63,954 bases of DNA, filler included, from an uncultured Bacteriovoracaceae bacterium (GCA_964636255.1; 7 parts of 7 records of this genome joined end to end with filler, not necessarily neighbours in it); one strand, 5' to 3'; positions 29,431-39,958 are shown, counted from the whole stretch's first letter. Made by a program: numbers and translations. Notes: generated by a model from the sequence alone, not told the origin.

Positions 29431-31683
29431 TTGCTAAGTGAAAATTCCTTCATGCAATTATTTCAGGAGCTGGGGAGTTATCCTGATTTAGGCAAAAGGA
29501 CAAAGCGTAGAATTGCCATAATCTCAACGGATATAAAGGGACCGATTGTAAATGGGGGAGTGGGCACTAGCAATGTTGCTCTTGCCGAAGCACTGGCTCA
29601 GTGCGGTCATCATGTAACTCTAGTTTTTGTGAATCCCTGGTTTGGCAATAAGCAGGAAATCAGAAAATGGGCAGCAATCTATCGCAAAAAAGGAATCCGA
29701 TTGATTCAAGCCGAGCACCCGAGCTTTCGTTTGGACGGAATGGGCCCTTCTTGTATTTCTTATGTTGTTTATCTGCACCTAAAGGAAAACAAATACGACA
29801 TTGTTCACTTCGCGGATATGCACGGAGTTGGCTATCATGCACAGCTTGCGAAAAAATTCGGCTTAGCTTTTTCAGACACCCTATTTTGTGTGACGATGCA
29901 TGGGCCATCCGTTTGGCATCGTGAAAATAACCGGTCATCAGTATTCAATACGGATCTTATCCAATTCGACTATCTTGAACGGGCATCTGTTGAAATGGCC
30001 GATGTGCTTTTGGCGCCAAGCCAGTCCATTCTGCAGTGGGCTCTGCAATCTTCGTGGAAGCTGCCCAAACAGGTCTATGTGATTCCGAATCCGACATCTG
30101 AAGTTGTCGGGATCCGCTATCAGAATCGCAGGAAGAATCTGCAGGAGATTGTTTTCTTCGGTCGCCTGGAATTGCGAAAGGGTTTGAATCTCTTTTGTGA
30201 CGCTTTGGACCGAATCCCCCACAACTTCATGAAGAACAAAAAGGTGACCTTTTTGGGATGCCACGGATTGATTGGTACGATCCCTTCAAAGGATTACATC
30301 GAAGGGCGTTCAAAAAAGTGGCGTTTTCCATGGAAGATCGTGAGCGACCTTGACCAAGAGGCCGCGTTGAACTTTCTACGATCGCGCAGTTGTCTAGCCG
30401 TCTTGCCTTCAACTGCGGAGAGTATGGGATACACGTTTATTGAGTGCTTGGTTTCAGGCATTCCGCTTTTGGCGAATCACCTGCCGTCCTATAAGGAACT
30501 TTTGGAACCCAGCGCACACGCAAAGATTTTGGTGAATGCGGCTGACGCCGATCAATTTGCTCACGCCATTATGCGGCTTAGCAAAAACAGCGGGAAAGAG
30601 CCGCGGTGTAGAAAGGCCACCAGTGACATCGTCCGAACTTGGCAGGACTGGCACAGCAGGGTTTCGTTGCCTCGAGCTCAAAGGCAAACGGCTAAGGCGA
30701 CTCGTCGCCTTGTGCCCAAGGTGCTCGTTCTTAATACTGATTTAGGCAACGAGGAATCGTTCCATTGTGCGAGGGAGTGGGAAAAACAGAGCTACTTCAA
30801 CTTCATTGTTGCTAGATCCGGCGATTTCCAAGACCTTCTGCGTTTGGCCAGGGAAACTGCGGCGGATTATCTGCTCTTCACGAACACAAAAACGAAGCCT
30901 TATAAAAAAATGATTCAAGAACTTGTACGGCTGGCAGAGTCACAGGGCAGCGATGTTGTTACGACAACTCTCGATCGATGTGAAGTGAAGCAAAATTTTT
31001 ATGTTCGGAGTCGTCAAATAGGACTGGGATCTGATCTAAACACGGGCTTTTTCTGCAATCCCTTCGGATCTAGTGATTTTCTAATCAGCCGCTCTGCTTT
31101 TTTGAAATTAGAGGAAAAGCACGTCATGCCGTACAGTGGCTTGGATTGGAATTACCTGTTAAATGCCGGCCAACAGAATTGCAGAATCGATTCTTATCCA
31201 GAGCCCTTAGGTTTAACTTTCCTCGGGCCGCATGAAAGCTATTTCGCTCACAACTTAATCAACAGGTGGACGGAATATAAGATGCGGTTTTCGCCAGATC
31301 GCCTTGCTCCACTTGCTGATTACGCAAATTTAACGGGAATGATCTACGCGGAGATGGAGCTCCACAATTCTAACCGGCATCATCTCGGGTTTGTGTCGAA
31401 GCTCGATTTCGCTATTGCACCAAAAATAAAACAGTTGATGCAATCTGCTGCAAGATGGCGAAACTCCTGCGTGCAGAGATTGAAGCTGGAATGGAAACTG
31501 TTGCAAGACAGAAAACTGCCCACCCGCAGCTATTGGGCCTTAAGAATTTGTTATGACCGCGTTTGCGACTTCCTTCGGGACTATCCGTGTTGGCCTTTCA
31601 GGAAGTTGTGGTGGATGACTCAGTATCAGCTTCGCAAGAGACTTTTCCGGCCCGAGCTCGTTGAAGCAAACGACGGAACATGA
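29431..31683 (+). CDS. Glycosyltransferase family 4 fused to degenerate GT2-like domain
   Basis: NGGVGT, FFGRLELRKG, PSTAESMGYTFIECL; C-terminal NPFGSSDFLISR...DWNYLL. Confidence 0.85.
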   Translation: MLSENSFMQLFQELGSYPDLGKRTKRRIAIISTDIKGPIVNGGVGTSNVALAEALAQCGHHVTLVFVNPWFGNKQEIRKWAAIYRKKGIRLIQAEHPSFRLDGMGPSCISYVVYLHLKENKYDIVHFADMHGVGYHAQLAKKFGLAFSDTLFCVTMHGPSVWHRENNRSSVFNTDLIQFDYLERASVEMADVLLAPSQSILQWALQSSWKLPKQVYVIPNPTSEVVGIRYQNRRKNLQEIVFFGRLELRKGLNLFCDALDRIPHNFMKNKKVTFLGCHGLIGTIPSKDYIEGRSKKWRFPWKIVSDLDQEAALNFLRSRSCLAVLPSTAESMGYTFIECLVSGIPLLANHLPSYKELLEPSAHAKILVNAADADQFAHAIMRLSKNSGKEPRCRKATSDIVRTWQDWHSRVSLPRAQRQTAKATRRLVPKVLVLNTDLGNEESFHCAREWEKQSYFNFIVARSGDFQDLLRLARETAADYLLFTNTKTKPYKKMIQELVRLAESQGSDVVTTTLDRCEVKQNFYVRSRQIGLGSDLNTGFFCNPFGSSDFLISRSAFLKLEEKHVMPYSGLDWNYLLNAGQQNCRIDSYPEPLGLTFLGPHESYFAHNLINRWTEYKMRFSPDRLAPLADYANLTGMIYAEMELHNSNRHHLGFVSKLDFAIAPKIKQLMQSAARWRNSCVQRLKLEWKLLQDRKLPTRSYWALRICYDRVCDFLRDYPCWPFRKLWWMTQYQLRKRLFRPELVEANDGT

Positions 31684-33235
31684 TCTTCAAGGGCCTTTCT
31701 TCATCCATATAGCCACCCATGACGTGAAAAATGTCAGGATCCAAATTATTCAAATAAAAGATTTTCGCCATTCCCATGGCAGATCCATATCTTTTCAGCC
31801 ACCTTTCATTCTCGGAAGGAGGTGGAGTTTGATGAAAAACATCCACTGGATTTAGAAAGAATTTCAAGCCGAGACGATACAGGCGATAGCCGAGGTCAGT
31901 GTCTTCAAAGCCCCAGGATGTGAAATTGCGGCGAAATCGACCGCACTGATAAAATGCCGATCTGGGAAGCGACAGAGTGTAGGTGCTCACAAAACGCCAT
32001 TTGTTGGGAAGATCTTCCCAGTCAGGGGCTTGATAGAGAAGTGACCAGTAATCTTTTTCACCTGGTATCGATGTGCGGCTGGTGTCGACCTCTGCATACT
32101 TCATCATCTTATAGCTGTCTTTGACGCTCAAATGACGCCGAATGGGTTGAATCACATCCCATCGCTGGTGAAGATCAAGTAGCCGGAGCAAATAAGCTTC
32201 GTCGAGCAGAATGTCATCGTCTAAAAACAAGATCCAGTGTCCAGTGGCATTCTTAACCCCCAGATTGCGTGCGATTCCGGCGCGGTAATATCGCAGGCTG
32301 GAAATTTCTTGAGGTCGATTCAGATGTATGTATTTGAAGTTCAAGTTCCCAGCCTCAGGCGCAATCAAGTTTCGAATGCGCTTTTCCATCAAGTCACGAT
32401 TGCAATCATTCACTACGATGATTTCGAAAGCGGACCTCTCCAGAGTTTGCGATAGCAGATGCTCCAGGGTGTTTAGCAGGAAGTCACTGTCACCTGTGGT
32501 GGGGATTACAATAGAAAGCTTCACATCAGAATCAAGAATGGCGTGTTCAAAAAGCAGTGGGCTATCTGGCTCTATCGTGGCCGCGGCGGGTATCCTTGAG
32601 TCCCAAACTTCTCCAGTTAGTGGTCCTTCGATTCTTCTAGACCATTGCGATGATAGCTCGCATGTAAGCAAGTACACTTCGTTTGTAGTTAAGTACTGCG
32701 GATTTTTATCAGCACATGGAATCGGGTGGAGTCGAAGTGAAGATCTAACTGGGTCGGGCAAATTCCTCAGAAATTCTTTACAAGGATTTCCAATGGTTGG
32801 TATCAATGTGTAGTAAACCTGACTCGCTTTTCGCGAAAGATTAAAGAGCCTCTTCCAGTCACAATTTTTTGTGCCCGTGAAAACGAAATGGAAGGATACG
32901 CCATCAAGTTCCAATAAGTTCAGGGTCTCTTTTGATTGTTGATCTGCATATTCCCAGTGAATCTCAATAGCCAATTCAAGTTCTCGCAGCTGACATTCCT
33001 TTTTCAATTCTGCGAAAGAATGCTGAGCAAGAGCTTGAAGAGGGAGCAGGATTCCCTTAAAGCCAGCTGCTTTGGCTTTCTCTAAACTACGGATGAGCTC
33101 GCTTTTAGCGGGAAGACTCTGTTTGCGATGCATCAACTTACAGATGGAGCACCGCGCCCCACATTTTCGATGAAATGTAATAGAATAAAAGAGAGCCTGA
33201 GGATCTGCCGACACAAATGGGAAGTCTACGTTCAA
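31598..33235 (-). CDS. GT2 glycosyltransferase with N-terminal radical-SAM-like CxxxCxxC domain
   Basis: N-terminal CGARCSIC; C-terminal LSIVIPT, EIIVVND, ARNLG, LFLDDD, WGFEDTDLGYRL. Confidence 0.82.
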   Translation of the reverse strand: MNVDFPFVSADPQALFYSITFHRKCGARCSICKLMHRKQSLPAKSELIRSLEKAKAAGFKGILLPLQALAQHSFAELKKECQLRELELAIEIHWEYADQQSKETLNLLELDGVSFHFVFTGTKNCDWKRLFNLSRKASQVYYTLIPTIGNPCKEFLRNLPDPVRSSLRLHPIPCADKNPQYLTTNEVYLLTCELSSQWSRRIEGPLTGEVWDSRIPAAATIEPDSPLLFEHAILDSDVKLSIVIPTTGDSDFLLNTLEHLLSQTLERSAFEIIVVNDCNRDLMEKRIRNLIAPEAGNLNFKYIHLNRPQEISSLRYYRAGIARNLGVKNATGHWILFLDDDILLDEAYLLRLLDLHQRWDVIQPIRRHLSVKDSYKMMKYAEVDTSRTSIPGEKDYWSLLYQAPDWEDLPNKWRFVSTYTLSLPRSAFYQCGRFRRNFTSWGFEDTDLGYRLYRLGLKFFLNPVDVFHQTPPPSENERWLKRYGSAMGMAKIFYLNNLDPDIFHVMGGYMDEERPLKIMFRRLLQRARAGKVSCEADTESSTTTS

Positions 33236-33999
33236 CGATTTTTACGAGCAAAGAAGAATTGGAGAAATCGCTAGCACGCCGCATTGGCACTCGATCCCAT
33301 GAAAATCCTGAAAGTCTCTTGTTCCAAGATCTGCCCGGTGAGTCGGTATCTCTTGAAGACTTCTTGAAGCGCGCTAATCGCTGGAGCTCGTCCAACCGAG
33401 AGCTGATTTTTTGCAGCCATGTTTTATTTGAGCAAGGGGCATCTGGATTCTTCCAAGCTTTAAAAAATATGGGCTTTGAGTCTTCTGTTGCGATATCCGT
33501 GGGTTCAGAAATGCTCACCTGTTCTCAGCCTTTGCATCGGATTGGGCCGGGATTGCTCTCCCTCAAGATACTTTCGGATCGCGAGGTGAACCAGCTTTGC
33601 AAATCCACGATCGATGAACTGCTGATGGCCGGCTTTGATATCGAGTTCTGCTGCATTCCCCGTCAGCAAATTTCAGCGTTAAGCGCAGGTCGTAGAAGCA
33701 TCCGTTCCAGATTCATGATTTGTTTCTGGTCTTTTCTTGCAGAGCTTAGCGATCGTTGGTGGATCTTTCGCTGGCGAGTGAAGTATCGCTATCTTCCACA
33801 GTTGCGGCAACTTCGGGCGGATATCCGATCAGACCTCAGTAAACCTCGCCCTCGAAGGAGACTTTCGGAATTCTTTGAGAATCCAATTTTTGCGACAAGG
33901 GTGTATTTCCCTGCCATTTATTGGTTTTGTTTCTTCCCGTTCTTGAAAGTCTACTGGTACCTGCGCTTTCGCTTGAGTGCGTTGATCCGCAGCCATTAG
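33217..33999 (+). CDS. Hypothetical protein with Trp/Arg-rich C-terminus
   Basis: 260-aa ORF; tail FFPFLKVYWYLRFRL resembles the tail of the GT4 protein; start uncertain. Confidence 0.55.
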   Translation: MGSLRSTIFTSKEELEKSLARRIGTRSHENPESLLFQDLPGESVSLEDFLKRANRWSSSNRELIFCSHVLFEQGASGFFQALKNMGFESSVAISVGSEMLTCSQPLHRIGPGLLSLKILSDREVNQLCKSTIDELLMAGFDIEFCCIPRQQISALSAGRRSIRSRFMICFWSFLAELSDRWWIFRWRVKYRYLPQLRQLRADIRSDLSKPRPRRRLSEFFENPIFATRVYFPAIYWFCFFPFLKVYWYLRFRLSALIRSH

Positions 34000-34081
34000 T
34001 GCCAAAATTTTTACGCTCTTCGCTTCGTCTGCTGAACAATCTCCAAGTTTTTGGGTTAGCCTACTAAGTAGGTCGAATCAT

Positions 34082-35632
34082 ATGGATGTAAATTTAGAAC
34101 CCCTGAAAAACAGTGTCGACGCTAAACTTTCAGAGCAGTCTTTCGCTTTCGAAGAGGCTTTTGGAAGAGTCATCGGAGTTGAAGTTCTAAAGGCTTTTAA
34201 GCAAATCATCTTCAACCAGCTATTGGAAAACTCGAATTGGAAAATGGAAGATCTTATCAAGCTGCTGGTCCCAGTAGCTGACGCAATGATCTCATTCGAA
34301 GTCCTGCAGCTGGACGCGGATCTACCACAGAAAGTGCCCGCAGCTGACTTACATTGTAAAATCTTGAATGCGGACTTCAAACACGAAGACTTGCGTACGC
34401 TAGACGCCAGGATGCTCTCTGCGGTTTTGATTTTTCTTGCTGATCAGGATTCTGCCTACTGTCAGCAGCAAAAATGGCTACTCAGGCATTTTCCTTCGTT
34501 TGAGTCTCTCAGAAATTCGTTCCATCAGCTGGGTGTTCTTTATCTCGAGAAGTTTTCTGGAGATCGGGACAATGGCTTAGATCACGAACGTCTGCAAAGT
34601 CAGCTGGCGTACTACAAATCTCAACAGCCCGAGTTATCTAAGACCCCTTACTGCACGCATCCCTTTGACCGGGTTCGAGTTAATTCGGAGGGCAATGTTT
34701 ATCCCTGTTGTTTCCAAAGGCATATGCCTCTAGGGAATGTCTTCCAAGAAGATTTGCAAAGTATTCTGGATGGCGAACTTTTCCGCGATCTTAGATTCAG
34801 TGTTGAAAATGGAATTCTGCACCCGATGTGTCGTGTTTCTTGTCCATTCAATTTCATCGAGAAAACGCGATGTGAAAATCCCGTTACTAAAGTGGAAAAC
34901 ATGGACATCGATCCTCCGAACACTCACTGCAATGTCGGCGGAAACAAGCCTACGGAGAAGAATCCTTCTTGTCGCATGTGCGAGCGCGAGGCACCAGGAT
35001 ATCGATGGGAAGTGGATCGAAGTCATGAAATGCTTCCAAAGGTGAAATCCATAGTTCCAGGCCTTAGGGTTATTCATATTCAAGGAGTTTCGGAGATATT
35101 CTGGAAGGATCTGGCTTTCAAATATCTGGATTTGCTCGAATACGATAAACATCGAGAAACTTTGCATGTAACAACAACCAGCAATGGGACGGTCTTCACT
35201 CCAGAAAAGCAACTTCGTTGGGTAAATAGAGTTCGCAGTAGCGGTATGGGTTTTTCTTTGGATGCTGCCACTGCTGAAACCTATGTGAAGATCCGAAGAC
35301 TGAATGTTTTCGAACGAGTTCAGGATCACCTGCTTCACTATACGGAGTTAGTAAATGCGGCTCCCATTCATCGCTTCCGCATCATCAACAACGTCAATAA
35401 ATTAAATGCCAAAGAGGTTTATGACATGGTCGCATTTGCTAGTCGGACGGCGGCATATGAAATCGAGTTTCAGTTAACCTCCGATAATGGGCGCTGTGCC
35501 GACATACTGATCACTCCAGCTGACACGGATTATCACAAGCTAGTAAGCGAACAGCTGCTGGCTGCGGAAAAGGATTTCAAAATTCCAATCATTAGATTCC
35601 GCGGAATCGATCTAAACTGGCAGCAGGACTGA
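34082..35632 (+). CDS. Radical SAM protein with upstream SPASM/twitch-like domain and expanded Cys motif
   Basis: YCTHPF...GNVYPCC...LGNV (SPASM-like); HC-x13-CRMC; QGVSEIF, TTSNGT, FSLDAATAETYVKIR. Confidence 0.8.
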   Translation: MDVNLEPLKNSVDAKLSEQSFAFEEAFGRVIGVEVLKAFKQIIFNQLLENSNWKMEDLIKLLVPVADAMISFEVLQLDADLPQKVPAADLHCKILNADFKHEDLRTLDARMLSAVLIFLADQDSAYCQQQKWLLRHFPSFESLRNSFHQLGVLYLEKFSGDRDNGLDHERLQSQLAYYKSQQPELSKTPYCTHPFDRVRVNSEGNVYPCCFQRHMPLGNVFQEDLQSILDGELFRDLRFSVENGILHPMCRVSCPFNFIEKTRCENPVTKVENMDIDPPNTHCNVGGNKPTEKNPSCRMCEREAPGYRWEVDRSHEMLPKVKSIVPGLRVIHIQGVSEIFWKDLAFKYLDLLEYDKHRETLHVTTTSNGTVFTPEKQLRWVNRVRSSGMGFSLDAATAETYVKIRRLNVFERVQDHLLHYTELVNAAPIHRFRIINNVNKLNAKEVYDMVAFASRTAAYEIEFQLTSDNGRCADILITPADTDYHKLVSEQLLAAEKDFKIPIIRFRGIDLNWQQD

Positions 35633-35642
35633 TCGATCAGCC

Positions 35643-36059
35643 TTAATTAGAATTTCGTTTGGGGCTTTCAGAGCTTTCTTCAGCTTGTTTCCTGGCACGG
35701 AAATTCGCAGCTTCTTCAGATTCCTCAAGCTTTTTCCGAATTTCCTCTAGTGGCACACCAGTTTTCACCAAAGACACATAGTGTTTTAATCCTGGCTCAT
35801 CAGCTTCACGGCCCAGATAATCCAAGTAGTACTGAGCGATGATTTTCTCCTCGGGTGAAACTTCAGCGTTCTGCACTGCAGGGTCGGTTGTGCCCTCCTT
35901 AATCGAACGGTCAACATCTATTTGAGTGGTCCGGGGGCTCTTTAAAAGTAAGGAAATCAGGTGTCCGAGTGTTGTGCCCATACTGCTTTGTGAGAAGAAA
36001 TACAGACCCACAAAAGTCAACGAAAGCACGAATATCACGATGACTTTAGAGGAACGCAC
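35643..36059 (-). CDS. Membrane-anchored DUF4214-like protein
   Basis: IAQYYLDYLGREADEPGLKHY...LEESEEA; N-terminal TM. Confidence 0.7.
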   Translation of the reverse strand: MRSSKVIVIFVLSLTFVGLYFFSQSSMGTTLGHLISLLLKSPRTTQIDVDRSIKEGTTDPAVQNAEVSPEEKIIAQYYLDYLGREADEPGLKHYVSLVKTGVPLEEIRKKLEESEEAANFRARKQAEESSESPKRNSN

Positions 36060-36205
36060 CAGTTAATTCTAAATCAATAATTACGTTTTTTTAATTGTGA
36101 CAGACTGGAAAAACATTGATTTCGCCTCTTTGCCGCTCTGGCAGAGAAAAAAACTTCAAAGTGTCATCGAATTGCCGGATTTCTGTAGCGCGGTTGTTGA
36201 CCATT

Positions 36206-36700
36206 TTAGCTTAGCGGCTCGCCTGCACCCGTGTATTTCGGGCGACCCGGAGTGCGAACGATATGCCTGCAATCTTCGTCGTCTGCAAAGCTAAGGTCGA
36301 AGAGAAAACTGTTGTTTCTGTGCTCAGAAGTTTTATTCGAGTGGGTGTCGAGCCGGCCCAGGAATAGCATAAATCGGCCATGAGTCTCAGTAGTCTCTTC
36401 GTTGCTGCCCGATGCTTCACTATGGCTGACGCGCAGTTTCTTCACGAGAAAGGGGACATAATTCAGTCCGCTGTTCTTTGCGATGTTTTCGCACTTTCGC
36501 AAGGTAAGATCAAAGGCTTCAACGGTGCTGATTTCGCTTAAGCCTTTGACGCTGCCAAAATTGATGAGCCTTCGATTTTCCTGGTCGACAACTACGCAAT
36601 ATGCTCGGCAGTACCATTTGTCCGACGCCGTTTGAGAGTACGCAGGCGCTAAGCCTAGAATGGTAGCGAGCACGAGATTAGCTCTTAGTAATACTTTCAT
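36206..36700 (-). CDS. Hypothetical secreted protein
   Basis: Signal peptide ending PAYS, Shine-Dalgarno AGGAG, paired Cys. Confidence 0.7.
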   Translation of the reverse strand: MKVLLRANLVLATILGLAPAYSQTASDKWYCRAYCVVVDQENRRLINFGSVKGLSEISTVEAFDLTLRKCENIAKNSGLNYVPFLVKKLRVSHSEASGSNEETTETHGRFMLFLGRLDTHSNKTSEHRNNSFLFDLSFADDEDCRHIVRTPGRPKYTGAGEPLS

Positions 36701-36950
36701 AGAAGCACTCCTTCTTTTTACCTAGATTCCAAAGGCCATTAAACAGCCGAGGCCCTTTAGCTGATAAGCTTCACAAAGAATCGGTTTTAGCTGAGTCTTC
36801 TGCCCCGTTTCACTGCATCCCTTGGCAAATGCGTCTAGATGCACTTTGGCTTTATCGCTTAAGGCTAGCTTTCGAATCAGATTCAATAGCCGATTGAGGA
36901 TAGGGTTTTTAAAGCCAGTTTTCTGACGGTCCCTGGTCAAAATCGGGATC

Positions 36951-37050
36951 NNNNNNNNNNNNNNNNNNNNNNNNNNNNNNNNNNNNNNNNNNNNTTAATT
37001 AATTAANNNNNNNNNNNNNNNNNNNNNNNNNNNNNNNNNNNNNNNNNNNN
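36951..37050. other. Artificial contig linker
   Basis: N-TTAATTAATTAA-N. Confidence 0.97.
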
Positions 37051-37103
37051 TCGGAGACAAGCCATCACTTTCATCAGATCAAAAAAATTCCGATCGCTCG
37101 ACG

Positions 37104-37595
37104 GTGATCAATAGAATGCAGGCTCGCCTTCTTATGGAAAATCCAATCTACTGGGAAATCTTGATCTACTTCGGCTGCTTTTATGGAAAGAAAACCCCAA
37201 CGGTAAAGGAACTGGCGAAAGAGTTCGGACTCAAAGTTACTTCGGCCAGCAAGCATCTTGAAGAACTCTTCGAATATGGCCTACTAGACAAGAACAGCAA
37301 GGGAGACTTCGCCTCCAAAGAGTGGACATTCATTCCCTACGACGATGAGTTCAAGCCCCTTAGGGATTTCAATTTCAGACGAGCCTTCGATCAGTTTTTG
37401 ACGGCAAATCACGAGCATCAATTCCGAACAACAATCACCTGCCCACTTCTTCCAAAACATCAAAAAGTTATCGAAGCGAAATTTCTCGCACTCACAAACG
37501 AGTTGATCGATCTCTCCGATCGAGAAAAAACGGCCGATGCCATTCCCTACACAATCGGAATTTTCTCCTCTCCCAGGAGATTCGGTAATGATTAA
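37104..37595 (+). CDS. wHTH regulator, DUF4423/TIGR02147-like; probably 5'-truncated by contig edge
   Basis: TVKELAKEFGL...HLEELFEYGLL winged helix, C-terminal YTIGIFSSP; coupled to the MFS gene. Confidence 0.6.
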   Translation: MINRMQARLLMENPIYWEILIYFGCFYGKKTPTVKELAKEFGLKVTSASKHLEELFEYGLLDKNSKGDFASKEWTFIPYDDEFKPLRDFNFRRAFDQFLTANHEHQFRTTITCPLLPKHQKVIEAKFLALTNELIDLSDREKTADAIPYTIGIFSSPRRFGND

Positions 37596-38784
37596 GCTCT
37601 ACACATTCCACTTCCTAGTCGAATTGATCGCGGCGATTTTCTGGAGCTGCTGGGCCGCGACTTTTCTGGTCACCGGCAACACGGTCGCAGATACGGCGTT
37701 GATACTTGCTTCGTTTTTCCTAGCACAGGCAATTTTCGAAGTTCCAACAGGCTACTGGGCAGACCGCTATGGACGAAAACTCTTTAGCCTTTCAGGCCTC
37801 GCACTGGTCGGCCTAGGCTTTGCTTTTGTAGGCTTTTCAACAACTGTTCCTGGATTCGTCACCGGATTTTTCATCTCGGGCCTTGGAATTACGGCAATGT
37901 CGGGGGCCAAGACCTCATGGCTTCTAGGGCTCGCTGCAAAGAAGAGTCGAAGTAAACTTGCAAGCGAGGAGGACAAAAAGCACTTCTTCCTCAACCTTCA
38001 TCTCGTCGGCCGACTTGCCACGATTGTCGGCGCATTCGGTGGGGTGGAACTTCTGAAGGCGTACCCCGACAATTTCTGGATTATAGTCGGAATTCTAGCA
38101 GTCATTTTTTCAGTATTCGGAATGGCCGTGGAGGACGGCCAAAAAGCTAAGGTTGTTAATAGAGATGAAAGCTTCAAGCTCTCGCAACTGCTGCGCGAAA
38201 TTCGAAGACCCGTACTCGCACTTGCAGTCGTATCCATACTATTTTTCGGAATTGAAAACGGCATACGAAATTTGATCTATCAGCCCTTTATTCTGGAAAT
38301 CACGGCCGGCAACAAAGTCTATCTAGCCTACTTCCAAGCAATTCTAGCCATACTCCGCCTCGGCGGAATTCTCGTCTACATGGGTCTAAAACTAGCCAAG
38401 AAACACCGCCTATCGATTCCACTGCTGATTTTCCCACTGCTTTGGTTTGGAATCTCAGAAATCATTTCCGCAAGGCTAGATAACTTTTGGATCTTCGTCG
38501 CAATCTACGGTTCAGCAGTCTTTTGTCTTGGTTGGTTTTTCCCACTGAGGGAGCAGTATTTTAATTCGATCGTGCCAGAGCGACTTCGGGCGACACTTAT
38601 ATCCTTCGATAGCCTGGTAATGAATCTAGCTTCCGCCGTAACACTGGTTGGTCTCTATGGATCCATCCAGGGCAGCGTAAGATCGTTATGGGTGGTTGCG
38701 GGTTTGGCGTTAATTTTTTCTGCTATTACATTATTAGTAGCAAATACTAGGAGCAGGGGCCGAACAAACAATGCCATTTCATGA
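37588..38784 (+). CDS. MFS transporter
   Basis: FEVPTGYWADRYGRK (motif A), about 12 TMs, RATLISF. Confidence 0.9.
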   Translation: MIKLYTFHFLVELIAAIFWSCWAATFLVTGNTVADTALILASFFLAQAIFEVPTGYWADRYGRKLFSLSGLALVGLGFAFVGFSTTVPGFVTGFFISGLGITAMSGAKTSWLLGLAAKKSRSKLASEEDKKHFFLNLHLVGRLATIVGAFGGVELLKAYPDNFWIIVGILAVIFSVFGMAVEDGQKAKVVNRDESFKLSQLLREIRRPVLALAVVSILFFGIENGIRNLIYQPFILEITAGNKVYLAYFQAILAILRLGGILVYMGLKLAKKHRLSIPLLIFPLLWFGISEIISARLDNFWIFVAIYGSAVFCLGWFFPLREQYFNSIVPERLRATLISFDSLVMNLASAVTLVGLYGSIQGSVRSLWVVAGLALIFSAITLLVANTRSRGRTNNAIS

Positions 38785-38995
38785 TGAAAATCAAAATGGG
38801 GATGTGCTGATGGACGACGAGGCTTTTTCATCTTCCGAATAGATGATTTAGAGAGATCCGTGATTCGAATTTCCAAAAGCCTGCCATTGATTGAATATAT
38901 GAGATGGTTCTGCCGTATCTAATTTGCACCTTACGTATGCTGGATTCGCCAAAGATAATCAGTCGATTTTAGATTTAATTTCTCTGCGTTGCCGA

Positions 38996-39913
38996 TTAAA
39001 ATATTCGCCGTAAACGGGCCTGAGCAAATCTAATTTCGTAACCGCCGGAAAATTTCTGTAGCTTTTCAAGAGCAAGATACTGTAATTCTTTTCTGGGCTC
39101 TCGATTTGTTACCTCTCCTGTTCGTCGTCGGTAAAACTTGCCATCCTTCGCAACAATTCTGGGCTCAGAATCAATCGCTTCACTAGATATTTTGGACCCA
39201 TTGCTGGACTTAAGATCCATAACATGAACTTCACCTTCCCGATTGATCTGAATCACCAGATGCTCGCGGCTCACGCGTCCATCGCTATCCTCGAATCGAA
39301 TGTTTAGAGTGGGGCCAACTTCCCGCCACTCAAGTCCTGACTTCCTTGATGCACTAAGTGTAGTCAGATCTTTCTCCGAACTTTTGTGCTTTCTTCCGAT
39401 CACGATCTGGAAGGGGCGCAATGACGAATCGATATCAAAAAATATGGAGCCACTCGATGTCGTCAACTGGAAGCAGTAGTCACCAACCTTTGCTTGTTTA
39501 GCGGTGGGAAAGTAGCGAATGCTCATTAATAGGTGGCGAGGCCCTGTTGTGTCGATATCAAAAGACTCTGCTAGTTGTTTGCCAAAATAGCGATCATTAG
39601 ACTTTTCCGCCAAACGCCACACGCATCTTGTGTTTTTATGGACGTCTGGATCATAGCTGTCGATAATATCGCCAGATGCAAAATACCGAATTTCTTCTAG
39701 GCTCCCCTCAGAAACCAAATCAGCGAGATCGCGATAAAGTGCTTTTCTGATTCTCTCTTGATCAGTGCATAGGATTGCCGATACTCTTAAATCAAGTTCT
39801 CTTTTATCAAGTTCACTGGATTTAAGAGCCTCGATGATTGCACGAATTCTTTTATGTTTCAGAATCGTCTTTGGCCCCTCGTGAGTCACCAATCCTCCTT
39901 GCTCGTCCTTCAA
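38996..39913 (-). CDS. Winged-helix DNA-binding protein with C-terminal FHA domain
   Basis: N-terminal RIRAIIEALK...IRKALYRDLADLVSEG; FHA motifs IGR, VSREH, DLKSSNGS. Confidence 0.7.
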   Translation of the reverse strand: MKDEQGGLVTHEGPKTILKHKRIRAIIEALKSSELDKRELDLRVSAILCTDQERIRKALYRDLADLVSEGSLEEIRYFASGDIIDSYDPDVHKNTRCVWRLAEKSNDRYFGKQLAESFDIDTTGPRHLLMSIRYFPTAKQAKVGDYCFQLTTSSGSIFFDIDSSLRPFQIVIGRKHKSSEKDLTTLSASRKSGLEWREVGPTLNIRFEDSDGRVSREHLVIQINREGEVHVMDLKSSNGSKISSEAIDSEPRIVAKDGKFYRRRTGEVTNREPRKELQYLALEKLQKFSGGYEIRFAQARLRRIF

Positions 39914-39958
39914 AAATTATACACTAAAGTTTCGATGATATTCCAATCGGCCCAAGGA

